NCBI GenBank assembly: GCA_963667795.1
Contig: OY764017.1
Location: 790,207-854,206 of the forward strand
Direction: 5' to 3'
Length of the DNA: 64,000 nucleotides
Source of the DNA: Christensenellaceae bacterium
GTDB taxonomy: Bacteria; Bacillota; Clostridia; Christensenellales; CAG-138
The notes beneath the pieces were generated by a model. The model was not told the DNA's origin, searched no databases, and saw nothing but the letters and a program-made list of their open reading frames with translations. Each line of letters starts with the position of its first letter. The first letter of the stretch is position 1. Shown in pieces: positions 43,795-52,467 of this stretch. A program made the translations under genes and the position numbers.

Positions 43795-44663
43795 CTGCCG
43801 CGCTCCTCTTTGACCGTTTCGGAGAGATAAACACCCTCGTCATGCCAAATATCCTCAAGCTGCGTGAGATGCTGACAGGCTTCATCCTTCCGCGCGTGTC
43901 CGACGGCGACGATGATCGCGTTGATCAACGACAGCGGCGCAACGAGCGAATCCGCAAACGAAGCCATATCGCTGCGCGCACAAAGCGCATAATCGGAAAT
44001 CACCGCCAGCGGAGAAGTCGGCATGTCGGTCAGCGCAATCAGTTTTGCCCCCTTGGACTTTGCATACTTCATCGCGTCTACCGTACGTGCGCTGTATCGT
44101 GGAAAACTGATGCCGTAGCATACATCCTGCGGGCCGATACGGAGCATACGCTCGTGAATATCCTGAACGGCGCCGTTGACGAACATGACGTTGTCGCAAA
44201 CATAGTCCAAATAGTAGGTTAAAAACTGTGCAAGCGACATTGCGCTGCGGATGCCGAGTACATAGATGCGGCGTGCGCGCAGGGTCGCGTTGATTGCGCC
44301 TTCGAAGCTTTCGTTGTCGATCATATCGATCGTGGCGCGGATATTATTCATGTCAGACGTTAAAACGGTTTTTAATACGTCCTGCTGCGGAATGTTCGCC
44401 GCAAGACGAATTCTCTGTACGCTGGTGAGCCGGTGGCGGATCAAATCCTGCAGCGCTTCCTGCAGTGCGGGATAGCCGTCCAGACCGAGCATATAAGCAA
44501 AACGAACGACGGTCGATTCAGAAACGCCGACACGTTCGCCAAGTTTTGCGGCCGTCATAAACGCCGCATCATCATATGAATTAAAAATGTAGTCCGCAAT
44601 TCGCTTCTGTCCCTTTGAAAACGTTTGATACTGCTTCTCCATCAGCGAAAACAAAGCGTCCAT
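43791..44663 (-). CDS. MurR/RpiR family transcriptional regulator (HTH + SIS)
   Basis: SKGQKRIADYI...VGVSESTVVRFA..LG..GYPALQ, and SIS motifs GISFPRYS and LTDMPTSPL. Confidence 0.93.
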   Translation of the reverse strand: MDALFSLMEKQYQTFSKGQKRIADYIFNSYDDAAFMTAAKLGERVGVSESTVVRFAYMLGLDGYPALQEALQDLIRHRLTSVQRIRLAANIPQQDVLKTVLTSDMNNIRATIDMIDNESFEGAINATLRARRIYVLGIRSAMSLAQFLTYYLDYVCDNVMFVNGAVQDIHERMLRIGPQDVCYGISFPRYSARTVDAMKYAKSKGAKLIALTDMPTSPLAVISDYALCARSDMASFADSLVAPLSLINAIIVAVGHARKDEACQHLTQLEDIWHDEGVYLSETVKEERGR

Positions 44664-44705
44664 TCCGTTGATCCCCTTCCGGCTTTTGTTTCGTCGAACG
44701 CGTAC

Positions 44706-45479
44706 TCAGGCGCGCTTTACCCAGTCCAGTTTCGTTTGCTCCATCTCTTCCATTCGCTTAAAGTTTGTTAAATCATAGGTCAGTGGCGTCAGTGTAACGT
44801 ATCCTTCCCGCGACCAGCGGTCATCCACGTCCATTCCGTCTGAGCAGGAGGTCTTTCCGCGTGGCGCCCAGTAATACTTCTGGCCAATCGGGTCTTCGCG
44901 TTCAACATATTTAAGCGTGTATTGCTCCACGCAAGCGGGTGCAATCTTCACACCCTTAAGTTCTTCAAACGGGACGCCGGGCACGTTGACATTCAGCAAC
45001 GTGCCGAATTCCAACGGATGCTGCCGCACATAGTCTACGGCCATCGCCGCAATGCGCGCCGCGGTCTCCAGGTGCTGTCCGCTATAGGACGCACAGGATA
45101 CTGCGATCGACTGGTAGCCAAGCAGCGCCGCTTCGTGCGCGGCAGCTACCGTTCCGCTGTACAATACGTCCGTACCGAGGTTTGGCCCGAGGTTGATGCC
45201 CGATACAACGATATCCGGTTCGGGAAACAGATTGCCGAGCGCAAGACGCACACAATCGACCGGCGTGCCGCTGACGGCATAGGCCGGTACATCCGGTAAA
45301 CCTTCTATTCTTGTCTCTCTCGCGCGAAGCGGGTTGAACAGTGTCATGGACCGGCTAACCGCGCTGCGCTCGGCATCCGGCGCGGATACGTATATTTCAT
45401 GCGTCTTTACAAGCTCTTGTGCCAGGGCTTTGATACCGCTTGCGAACACGCCGTCATCATTGCTTAATAATAGTTTCAT
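44706..45479 (-). CDS. surE: 5'/3'-nucleotidase SurE
   Basis: LLSNDDG, SGTPVDCV and SGINLGPNLGTDVLYSGTVAAA. Confidence 0.95.
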   Translation of the reverse strand: MKLLLSNDDGVFASGIKALAQELVKTHEIYVSAPDAERSAVSRSMTLFNPLRARETRIEGLPDVPAYAVSGTPVDCVRLALGNLFPEPDIVVSGINLGPNLGTDVLYSGTVAAAHEAALLGYQSIAVSCASYSGQHLETAARIAAMAVDYVRQHPLEFGTLLNVNVPGVPFEELKGVKIAPACVEQYTLKYVEREDPIGQKYYWAPRGKTSCSDGMDVDDRWSREGYVTLTPLTYDLTNFKRMEEMEQTKLDWVKRA

Positions 45480-45621
45480 GCAGGAACTCCGTCAAATATA
45501 TGTAAAGTTATTGTATCACAACTCGCTTATGAATGCCATAGCGAGAAGAATGTGCAGGAAAAATCCGCTTCCCCTGCACATCATTGTCCAGTTTGTATAT
45601 AATTACTGTTTTCGCCGTTGA

Positions 45622-46137
45622 TCAGTCCACGGGAAGCTGGGAGATCGATTCGATGTTGAACCCATTTGTTCCGTCCACAAACCCGTAACCGAAAATCGCA
45701 ACGATTGCCGCCGCCTGAATGACGACGATGACAAGCACCGCAAACAACCAAGTTCCCCTTGGGAATCGTCCGTGTCCACGAAAAACGCGATACAACAAAC
45801 GATTGATGATGATCGTTAAAATCACAGGCGAGAACAGAAGCAACAACTGCAGGACCGTTTCCAGAATACCGTTCAGGCTGCCCGTGCTCAGAGAAGTCCA
45901 GTCGAACATCAGCGCAAAGCCAAGCATATAAAGCGCGAAGACGGCAAGCAGGACGTTGAGCACGATCAAAAGAACGAAGTAGACGGCTACGCGTCCAGCC
46001 CCGTGCCGGTGCTCCGGCGGTGGCCCGCCATGCGGTCCGTGCCGCGGATGCGGCGGTCTCGGTCCGTCCGTTTCGTGCGTCGGGCATGGTTCGCCTGGTT
46101 CATTCGGGTAAAGCTCACCCTGGTGTTCCATTGGCAT
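45622..46137 (-). CDS. Hypothetical membrane protein with a His/Pro/Gly-rich N-terminus
   Basis: Strong SD (AAGGAGGG). N-terminus PCPTHETDGPRPPHPRHGPHGGPPPEHRHG, then 3-4 hydrophobic helices. Confidence 0.75.
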   Translation of the reverse strand: MPMEHQGELYPNEPGEPCPTHETDGPRPPHPRHGPHGGPPPEHRHGAGRVAVYFVLLIVLNVLLAVFALYMLGFALMFDWTSLSTGSLNGILETVLQLLLLFSPVILTIIINRLLYRVFRGHGRFPRGTWLFAVLVIVVIQAAAIVAIFGYGFVDGTNGFNIESISQLPVD

Positions 46138-46181
46138 TCCCTCCTTTTTTCCTTCATGATCAGGAGCCTCTTTGAAAGGCG

Positions 46182-46862
46182 TTACTCCTGCGCTCCGGTC
46201 GGCTCGGTCGGTATTGCGCAGGAATACTGTCGTCCGTCTTCCTCAAAGCGCTCCGCTAAAACCTTTGTCGTCAGATAAGCGGAGATCGCGTCGATCGCCA
46301 TCTTGTTTTTACCACCACGCATGACGGCAAAATCCGCGTCATTGATATAGTTTGCAATGTACTTTTCATACATCGGCTTCACGGTCTCCATGTACTGCAT
46401 GGCAATGTTATCGATCGTGCGGCCGCGCGCTTTGATATCGCGCTTGATGCGGCGCAGCAGGCAGATATCCACGTCCACATGCAGATAGACCTTCAACGAC
46501 ATTAAATCGCAAAGCCGCTTGTCATAAAACATGTGGATGCCCTCTAAAATGAGAACTTCCGGCGGCTGGATAATAATGTCCGGCGAGTCTGCGCGCAAGT
46601 GATTCGTATAATCGTAACCTTTGGTCGTGATCGCTTCCCCACGCTCCATCTTTTGAACGTCTTCGCAAAGCTCGTCAAAGTTAAAGATGGCCGGTTCGTC
46701 ATAATTGAGCTTGACGCGCTTCTCAAACGGCAGTTCCGGGAAACTTCTGTAATAGCAATCCTGCCCGATGATGACGCAGCTGCAAGCCAACGAATCCCTG
46801 ATGCGTTTTGCCAGCGTGCTTTTTCCGCTTCCGCTGGCACCGCAAATTCCTACGATGATCAT
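46182..46862 (-). CDS. udk: Uridine kinase
   Basis: GICGASGSGKST, DCYY, NYDEPAIF, LEGI, RRIKRDIKARGR and VKPMYEKYI. Confidence 0.9.
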   Translation of the reverse strand: MIIVGICGASGSGKSTLAKRIRDSLACSCVIIGQDCYYRSFPELPFEKRVKLNYDEPAIFNFDELCEDVQKMERGEAITTKGYDYTNHLRADSPDIIIQPPEVLILEGIHMFYDKRLCDLMSLKVYLHVDVDICLLRRIKRDIKARGRTIDNIAMQYMETVKPMYEKYIANYINDADFAVMRGGKNKMAIDAISAYLTTKVLAERFEEDGRQYSCAIPTEPTGAQE

Positions 46863-46955
46863 ACCCCGTTCACCCCTGAACCGTATTTAGCGCATGTAAA
46901 CAGTCGATAAACATTCACCGATACCGTATTGCTTTTGTGCGCTTTTATTTGTGTC

Positions 46956-46984
46956 AGTGTACCATGATTCCGTTGGTTTTACAA
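46956..46984 (-). promoter_or_regulatory. sigmaA promoter of udk
   Basis: TTGTAA-N17-TACACT with TGg extension. Confidence 0.6.
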
Positions 46985-47045
46985 TCGCGTTACTTGCATC
47001 CAACAGAGCATAACTTCACTTTGATATCGCCTTTACAGTATGAAG

Positions 47046-47086
47046 CAAAAAGGAACGGCGCGGAACCATAAAATTCCGTGCCGTTC
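47046..47086 (-). terminator. Terminator after rplL
   Basis: GAACGGCACGGAA / TTCCGCGCCGTTC stem followed by CTTTTTG. Confidence 0.75.
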
Positions 47087-47108
47087 AATGCTGTAACCGT
47101 TTCCGGTC

Positions 47109-47477
47109 TTATTTGATTTCGCAGGTTGCGCCAACTTCTTTGAAAGAAGCAACGATCTTCTCGGCGTCTTCCTTGCTGATGCCTTCCTTAACTTTGCCGG
47201 GTGCGTTGTCGACGACTTCCTTGGCTTCTTTGAGGCCAAGACCGGTCAGCTCGCGAACGACCTTGATAACCTTGATCTTTTCTGCGCCGATTTCGGTGAG
47301 AATTACATCAAATTCGGTCTTCTCTTCGGCTTCCTCTGCTGCTGCAGCGGGGCCAGCAACCGCAACGGCAGTCGCCGCGGCAGATACGCCAAACTCTTCT
47401 TCGAGAGCCTTAACGATATCGTACAGCTCTAAAACGGACATCGCTTTAATGTCAGCGATTAATTTTTCCTTATCCAT
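47109..47477 (-). CDS. rplL: 50S ribosomal protein L7/L12
   Basis: EEFGVSAAA...[10 protein letters not shown]...[24 protein letters not shown]. Start ATG 47477 after GGAGG. Confidence 0.98.
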   Translation of the reverse strand: MDKEKLIADIKAMSVLELYDIVKALEEEFGVSAAATAVAVAGPAAAAEEAEEKTEFDVILTEIGAEKIKVIKVVRELTGLGLKEAKEVVDNAPGKVKEGISKEDAEKIVASFKEVGATCEIK

Positions 47478-47539
47478 AATATCCTCCAATAAATTTCATA
47501 TTGCGGTTACCCCGCATATTTTTTGTTTGTTCCTGCGGG

Positions 47540-48058
47540 TTATTCCGCCTGCGCTTGCGCGCCGTCCTGTTTCTTTGCGATCTGATCGAGTACGATTGCG
47601 AACTTGGAGATTGGGGACATCATGGAGCCCAGCATACGTGCAATCAGCACCTCGCGGCTCGGCATATCTGCGATCGCTTCCATTCCCTTTGCGTCCAAAA
47701 CGTCGTTTTCGACGATACCACCCTTGATTTCGCACTTCTTGCTCTTCTTAACGAAGCTTTTAAGGATGCGCGCGGGTGCCGCCAGATCTTCATACCCAAA
47801 TGCGAAAGCGCTCGGCCCCTTCAGCATTTCGGCAATTTTCGAATCGATTCCGCTTGCTTCACAAGCACGTGCCACGATGTGATTTTTGATGACCACATAT
47901 TCCACGTTTTCTTTGCGCATTTCAGCGCGAAGTGCGGTATCCTCAGCCACGGAGATTCCGCGATAATCAAAAATCACGACGCTCTGCGCCTTCTGAACCT
48001 TTTCCGCAACGATGTTTACCTGTTCCGCTTTGCGTTCAATGTTATTAGCGTTTGCCAT
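47540..48058 (-). CDS. rplJ: 50S ribosomal protein L10
   Basis: DYRGISVAE..ALR...VIKN...LKGP.A.AF and PSREVLIARMLG. Confidence 0.97.
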   Translation of the reverse strand: MANANNIERKAEQVNIVAEKVQKAQSVVIFDYRGISVAEDTALRAEMRKENVEYVVIKNHIVARACEASGIDSKIAEMLKGPSAFAFGYEDLAAPARILKSFVKKSKKCEIKGGIVENDVLDAKGMEAIADMPSREVLIARMLGSMMSPISKFAIVLDQIAKKQDGAQAQAE

Positions 48059-48099
48059 ACAGTTGTTTCACCTCCTTGCAATAAATCTATGGGAAACAT

Positions 48100-48205
48100 A
48101 AAAATCCTCCCGCCAAAAAACAGTCGGGAGGACAGCATACAAACATTCTGTATACGTCACCTCGGCAGGTCTTATGCGGTTTCCCGCTGCCGGCTGTCTT
48201 TGGCG
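48100..48205 (-). ncRNA. L10 leader (r-protein autoregulatory attenuator) with terminator
   Basis: AAGACAGCCGG...TAAGACCTGCCGAGG upstream of rplJ, matching the L10-leader pattern as I recall it, then the hairpin CCTCCCG/CGGGAGG + ATTTTT. Confidence 0.75.
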
Positions 48206-48221
48206 ATCTTTACCGCGAAGA

Positions 48222-48251
48222 ATCATATCATGAGCGAGTTGCAATTGTCAA
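48222..48251 (-). promoter_or_regulatory. sigmaA promoter of rplJL
   Basis: TTGACA-N18-TATGAT with TGa extension. Confidence 0.75.
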
Positions 48252-48293
48252 CATCGCTTTTCAGAAAGATATGTTTTCCGGTAAAATGAAGCG

Positions 48294-48326
48294 TTCCGAA
48301 AGGCCGAATAAAACGGCCTTTCGGAA
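48294..48326 (-). terminator. Strong hairpin after rplA
   Basis: Perfect 13-bp stem TTCCGAAAGGCCG/CGGCCTTTCGGAA. The U-tract is weak on the minus strand. Confidence 0.55.
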
Positions 48327-48333
48327 TTCGTTT

Positions 48334-49023
48334 TTAGAATTTCATCGTGTTGAATTTCACGCCGGGACCCATCGTCGCGCTCAGCACGACGCTCTTGAGG
48401 TAGGTGCCCTTTGCCGCGGACGGCTTCGCCTTGACAATCGCGTCCATCAGCGTGGTGAGATTCTCTTCCAGCTTATCCACGCCGAACGAAGCTTTTCCGA
48501 TCGGGCAGTGAATGATGCTGGTCTTGTCGACGCGGTACTCGACCTTACCGGCTTTGATATCGGAAATGGCTTTCGCAACGTCCATGGTGACCGTGCCGGA
48601 CTTCGGGTTCGGCATGAGACCTTTCGGTCCGAGGACGCGACCGATACGGCCGACGACACCCATCATGTCCGGGGTCGCGACGCAAACGTCGAAATCAAAC
48701 CAGTTTTCGGTCTGGATTTTCTTTACAAGATCCTCATCGCCAACGTAATCCGCGCCGGCTTCCTGCGCTTCACGCGCTTTGTCGGCCTTTGCAAAAACGA
48801 GGACGCGGACTTTCTTGCCCGTGCCGTGCGGCAGAACGACGGCACCGCGGACCTGCTGGTCAGCATGGCGCGGGTCGACACCCAGGCGGACAGATGCTTC
48901 GATCGTCTCGTCAAACTTTGCTTTCGCGGTGGTCAGAACGAGTTCGAGTCCTTCATGAACATCATAATATTTTTGGCTTTCGATGCTCTTGCTGCTTTCT
49001 TGATACTTCTTACCGTGTTTCAT
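48334..49023 (-). CDS. rplA: 50S ribosomal protein L1
   Basis: [33 protein letters not shown] and [16 protein letters not shown]. Confidence 0.99.
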   Translation of the reverse strand: MKHGKKYQESSKSIESQKYYDVHEGLELVLTTAKAKFDETIEASVRLGVDPRHADQQVRGAVVLPHGTGKKVRVLVFAKADKAREAQEAGADYVGDEDLVKKIQTENWFDFDVCVATPDMMGVVGRIGRVLGPKGLMPNPKSGTVTMDVAKAISDIKAGKVEYRVDKTSIIHCPIGKASFGVDKLEENLTTLMDAIVKAKPSAAKGTYLKSVVLSATMGPGVKFNTMKF

Positions 49024-49037
49024 TGCTCGTTCCTCCC

Positions 49038-49463
49038 TCAGTCCCCGACGATGATGCCCATGCTGCGCGCCGTTCCGGCGATCATGGACATGGCCGTTTC
49101 GAGATTCGCAGCGTTGAGATCCGGCATTTTCAGCTCGGCAATCTCCTGCACCTGCGCCTTTGTGATGGTTGCGACCTTGTTACGGTTCGGCTCGCCGGAA
49201 GCGTGCTCGAGTCCGCAGGCTTTCTTAATCAAAACAGCCGCAGGCGGCGTCTTGGTTATGAAAGAGAACGAGTGATCCTGATATACGGTGATGACGACCG
49301 GGATGATGAGTCCCGCGGACTTCTGCGTACGCTCATTGAACTCTTTGCAGAACCCCATGATGTTTACGCCGTGCTGACCCAGTGCTGGGCCGACCGGCGG
49401 CGCGGGCGTAGCCTTGCCCGCAGGAATTTGCAGCTTGATGTAGCCTTGGATTTTCTTTGCCAT
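49038..49463 (-). CDS. rplK: 50S ribosomal protein L11
   Basis: [34 protein letters not shown]. Confidence 0.99.
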   Translation of the reverse strand: MAKKIQGYIKLQIPAGKATPAPPVGPALGQHGVNIMGFCKEFNERTQKSAGLIIPVVITVYQDHSFSFITKTPPAAVLIKKACGLEHASGEPNRNKVATITKAQVQEIAELKMPDLNAANLETAMSMIAGTARSMGIIVGD

Positions 49464-49488
49464 TGCAGTTCCCTCCGTTAAATATGTT

Positions 49489-49515
49489 GTGGTGCGGGGT
49501 GCCTCCCCCTCCCAC
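49489..49515 (-). promoter_or_regulatory. Probable L1-binding leader hairpin upstream of rplK
   Basis: GTGGGAGGGGGAGGCACCCCGCACCAC, resembling the L1-binding mimic found before rplK in Bacillota. Confidence 0.55.
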
Positions 49516-49575
49516 GGTTCTATCGACTACAAACCGTTCCGATGAAGGATCGATTTATAGATAACAGACGATTGG

Positions 49576-50163
49576 TCAGATCCTCTGAACCTGGACAAAA
49601 TCCAGTTCCACAGGTGTTTCGCGTCCAAACATGGACACAGTCAGTTTGATCTTTTGCCTTTCCGGATCCAGCGCTTCCACACGCCCGGTGAAGTTCTCCA
49701 GCGGGCCAGACACGACGCGGACGGTTTCGCCGACTTCGATATTGAGCACGATCGGTATGCGCTCAACGCCCATCGCGGTAACTTCTTCGTCCGACAGCGG
49801 TACGGGTTTGCTCCCCGGACCGACAAAGCCGGTCACACCGCGTGTGTTTCGGACGACGTACCATGCCCGCGGGTTCATAACAAGATCGACGGACTTGCCG
49901 CCGCCCTTTTCCGCGGGGCGCTCTTTTTCCACTACGTCAACGACCATTTTGACCATGACGTAACCCGGAAAAACCTTCCTTTGCGTGACTTTGCGCTTTC
50001 CGTTGGGCAAAATTTCGATGGTTTCCTCCGTGGGATATTTGACCTCTAGGATGATATCCTGAAGGCCTGCGTTTTCCACAGATTTTTCAAGGTCTTCTTT
50101 TACCTTGTTTTCATACCCAGAATAGGTATGTACCACGTACCATTTTGCTTCCTGCACGCTCAA
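49576..50163 (-). CDS. nusG: Transcription termination/antitermination factor NusG (with ~20-aa insertion)
   Basis: WYVVHTYSGYENKVK, FPGYVMV, VRNTRGVTGFVG and KOW GETVRVVSGPLENF. Confidence 0.97.
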   Translation of the reverse strand: MSVQEAKWYVVHTYSGYENKVKEDLEKSVENAGLQDIILEVKYPTEETIEILPNGKRKVTQRKVFPGYVMVKMVVDVVEKERPAEKGGGKSVDLVMNPRAWYVVRNTRGVTGFVGPGSKPVPLSDEEVTAMGVERIPIVLNIEVGETVRVVSGPLENFTGRVEALDPERQKIKLTVSMFGRETPVELDFVQVQRI

Positions 50164-50169
50164 ATCTCC

Positions 50170-50802
50170 TTATCCGATGTTGATGTTGCTGATTGCGCCA
50201 AATCCGGACGAGAACGCGAGGTCCAGCAGGTAGATGATTGCGGCCATCGCAAGAACAAAGGTCACAACGGCAAGCGTATGTGAAAACAATTCTTTGCGAG
50301 AAAGCCACGTAAGCTTTTTCACTTCGCCGTTCATCTCGCGGAAGAAACGGGTCAGTCCCATTTCGAACATGCCGTCCACTGCGAGTACGAAGAATGCGGA
50401 CAATACGATCGCAACAATGCCGGATGCAATTGCGATTGCGCCTGCTTTAGCCGTTGCGGTCAGGACGATGATCGCATAGATCAGACCCAGAACGCCGAGC
50501 GTCATAAGTGCGCGTCTGGATTTCTTCATGATGCCGAGTACACCGGCAATGACGAAGAGCAGTCCGAGGATTGCGCTTGAAACCATCATGCCGGACGACA
50601 TTGCGGATTCCGCGCCTGCGGAATACTGTCTCATCTGCATGACATTGTAAACGGCCAGGAACAACCCGCCCGCAACGAACAAAATGCTCGCGGGTAGCAG
50701 CAGTTTCTTGCTGATCTTGCTCCAGAGAGTCTTTCGTCCGGATGATTTTTTAGCGATTGTACCTTTTGAATCCTTCTGGACCTTGTTGTTATTTTGTGCC
50801 AT
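50170..50802 (-). CDS. secE: Preprotein translocase subunit SecE with a long multi-TM N-terminal extension
   Basis: Position rpmG-secE-nusG. C-terminal FFREMNGEVKKLTWLSRKEL + TM, preceded by four additional hydrophobic helices. Confidence 0.88.
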   Translation of the reverse strand: MAQNNNKVQKDSKGTIAKKSSGRKTLWSKISKKLLLPASILFVAGGLFLAVYNVMQMRQYSAGAESAMSSGMMVSSAILGLLFVIAGVLGIMKKSRRALMTLGVLGLIYAIIVLTATAKAGAIAIASGIVAIVLSAFFVLAVDGMFEMGLTRFFREMNGEVKKLTWLSRKELFSHTLAVVTFVLAMAAIIYLLDLAFSSGFGAISNINIG

Positions 50803-50825
50803 ATCGTTCCTCTTTCGTCAGTGCG

Positions 50826-50987
50826 TTACTTGGATTCGCGATGTACGGTATGCTTGCGGCAGAAACGGCAGTATTTCTTCATTTCCAGCCGGTCCGGGTC
50901 GTTCTTTTTGTTCTTAAAAGTGTTGTAGTTTCTCTGCTTGCACTCCGTGCATGCCAGTGTTACTTTTACGCGTGCATCTGCTGCCAT
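50826..50987 (-). CDS. rpmG: 50S ribosomal protein L33 (Zn-ribbon, C+ form)
   Basis: 53 aa, below the ORF-track cutoff. My translation: [53 protein letters not shown]. Confidence 0.97.
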   Translation of the reverse strand: MAADARVKVTLACTECKQRNYNTFKNKKNDPDRLEMKKYCRFCRKHTVHRESK

Positions 50988-51054
50988 TGTTGAAAACCCT
51001 CCATTAATTAGGTCTAAACATCATAAAGTGAGCCCCTTTGCGGGGCACCTAGAA

Positions 51055-51083
51055 ACGATACCATAGCAAAGGGGTTCTGTCAA
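51055..51083 (-). promoter_or_regulatory. sigmaA promoter of the rpmG-secE-nusG-rplKA operon
   Basis: TTGACA (51078-51083)-N17-TATCGT (51055-51060) with TGg extension. Confidence 0.8.
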
Positions 51084-51135
51084 CAAAATGTTTGTATTTT
51101 CGCTGTTTTTTTCAGAAAAAATTGTTGTTTTCTCC

Positions 51136-52467
51136 TTAGCTTCCCGCCACCGAAAGTTTAGCCACAAGCAAACTCGGCGATGCGAAATACCCGTTGGCCG
51201 GAAGCGCGTATTTTAGGTCGCTCCCAACCGTGACGACATCCTTCATCAAGCTGATGAAATTCCCCGCAACGGTGATGCCGGAAACAGGCCGGACGACCTC
51301 TCCATCCTTTACAAGCAATCCCGCCGCCTTCAGCGAGAAATCGCCGGAGATGGTATCTACACCCGCGTGCAGCCCTTCGAGTTCGACGATGATCAATCCG
51401 TCCCTCATTTCCGTAACGAGCGCTTCCAGTGCTTTGTCGCCCGGTTCTATGCGGAACACAGTCGGCGCTACGCCGACCGTTGGCGCCGCGCTGCCGCGGC
51501 TTGCGTTGCCCGTGCTCTCAACGCCCGCTTTTGCAGCGGTTTTGAGATTATGCAGCAGTGTCTTTAGAACGCCTTGCTCAACGACCGATTTTCTCACGCA
51601 GGGCGTCCCCTCGCCGTCGAACGCGCGCGGGGCTATCTCATCGAACGGATCGTCCGTAATGGTGACCAGCTTGCTTGCAATGCTTTGGCCTTCCTTTCCG
51701 GCCAGTAGAGAGCAACCTTTTTGCGCTTCGTCCGCCGAAAACATTGGCGCAAATGCCGTAAGCAGGTCACAGATTGCATATGGTTTCAGCAGCACGCGGT
51801 ACTCGCCGGATTCAACGGGTTTTGCGCCCAGCTTGGTCAGCGCGTCGGCAACCGCTTCTTTTGCACAGCCTTCGACGTCTGTCGCGTCCACACCCATGCG
51901 AAACGCAAAACCGGTTTGCACCTCTTCGCCTTCCTGAACGGACGGCATGACATACGTGAATGAAATGTCAGATCGCTTTTCGGCATGCAGGCCGCAGGTG
52001 TTTTCGATGACGACACTTCCCGCCTCATATGCGGCGGTGCAGTACACAACGCGCTTGACGCGCGGGTCTTCGGCGAGAGCCACTTCTTCCATACGCTTTG
52101 CAAGTGCGATGCGTTCCTGCTCACTCAGGCTTGCCAGTGCAGACGGCGCACGTTCGATTTTTCGGTATTCGCTCTTCACCTGCATCGGGTTTAAGTCGTC
52201 GGTTTCAATGCACTTTGCGTTGTCGATTGCGTGGTCTACAAGCTTCTCCGGATCTTCGATCAATTCCGTATATGCATAGCCGTTACGTCCCTTGAACGAA
52301 ACGCGGACGGACACGCCCGCCGCGCGGCTGACGCTGTAGCGGTCGATTTCGCCGCCGTTTGCGTTTACTTCAAACGATTCTCCGTTGGCATAAAAGGTTT
52401 CGCAGTTTTCACAGCCCGATTGCTGTGCATATGCCGTGGCCAGTTTTGAAAACTCAGAATTCGTCAT
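51136..52467 (-). CDS. pmbA: PmbA/TldE family protein
   Basis: RAFDGEGTP...VVEQGVLKTLLHN, STGNASRG and GDFSL...G.LVKDGE. ATG 52467 overlaps the tldD stop (ATGA). Confidence 0.9.
   Translation of the reverse strand: MTNSEFSKLATAYAQQSGCENCETFYANGESFEVNANGGEIDRYSVSRAAGVSVRVSFKGRNGYAYTELIEDPEKLVDHAIDNAKCIETDDLNPMQVKSEYRKIERAPSALASLSEQERIALAKRMEEVALAEDPRVKRVVYCTAAYEAGSVVIENTCGLHAEKRSDISFTYVMPSVQEGEEVQTGFAFRMGVDATDVEGCAKEAVADALTKLGAKPVESGEYRVLLKPYAICDLLTAFAPMFSADEAQKGCSLLAGKEGQSIASKLVTITDDPFDEIAPRAFDGEGTPCVRKSVVEQGVLKTLLHNLKTAAKAGVESTGNASRGSAAPTVGVAPTVFRIEPGDKALEALVTEMRDGLIIVELEGLHAGVDTISGDFSLKAAGLLVKDGEVVRPVSGITVAGNFISLMKDVVTVGSDLKYALPANGYFASPSLLVAKLSVAGS

Noticed and set aside
38886-44663. IspH-RpsA fusion and the rpiR-baiN-cmk-plsC cluster as a novelty
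   Set aside because: This is a well-known arrangement in Clostridia.
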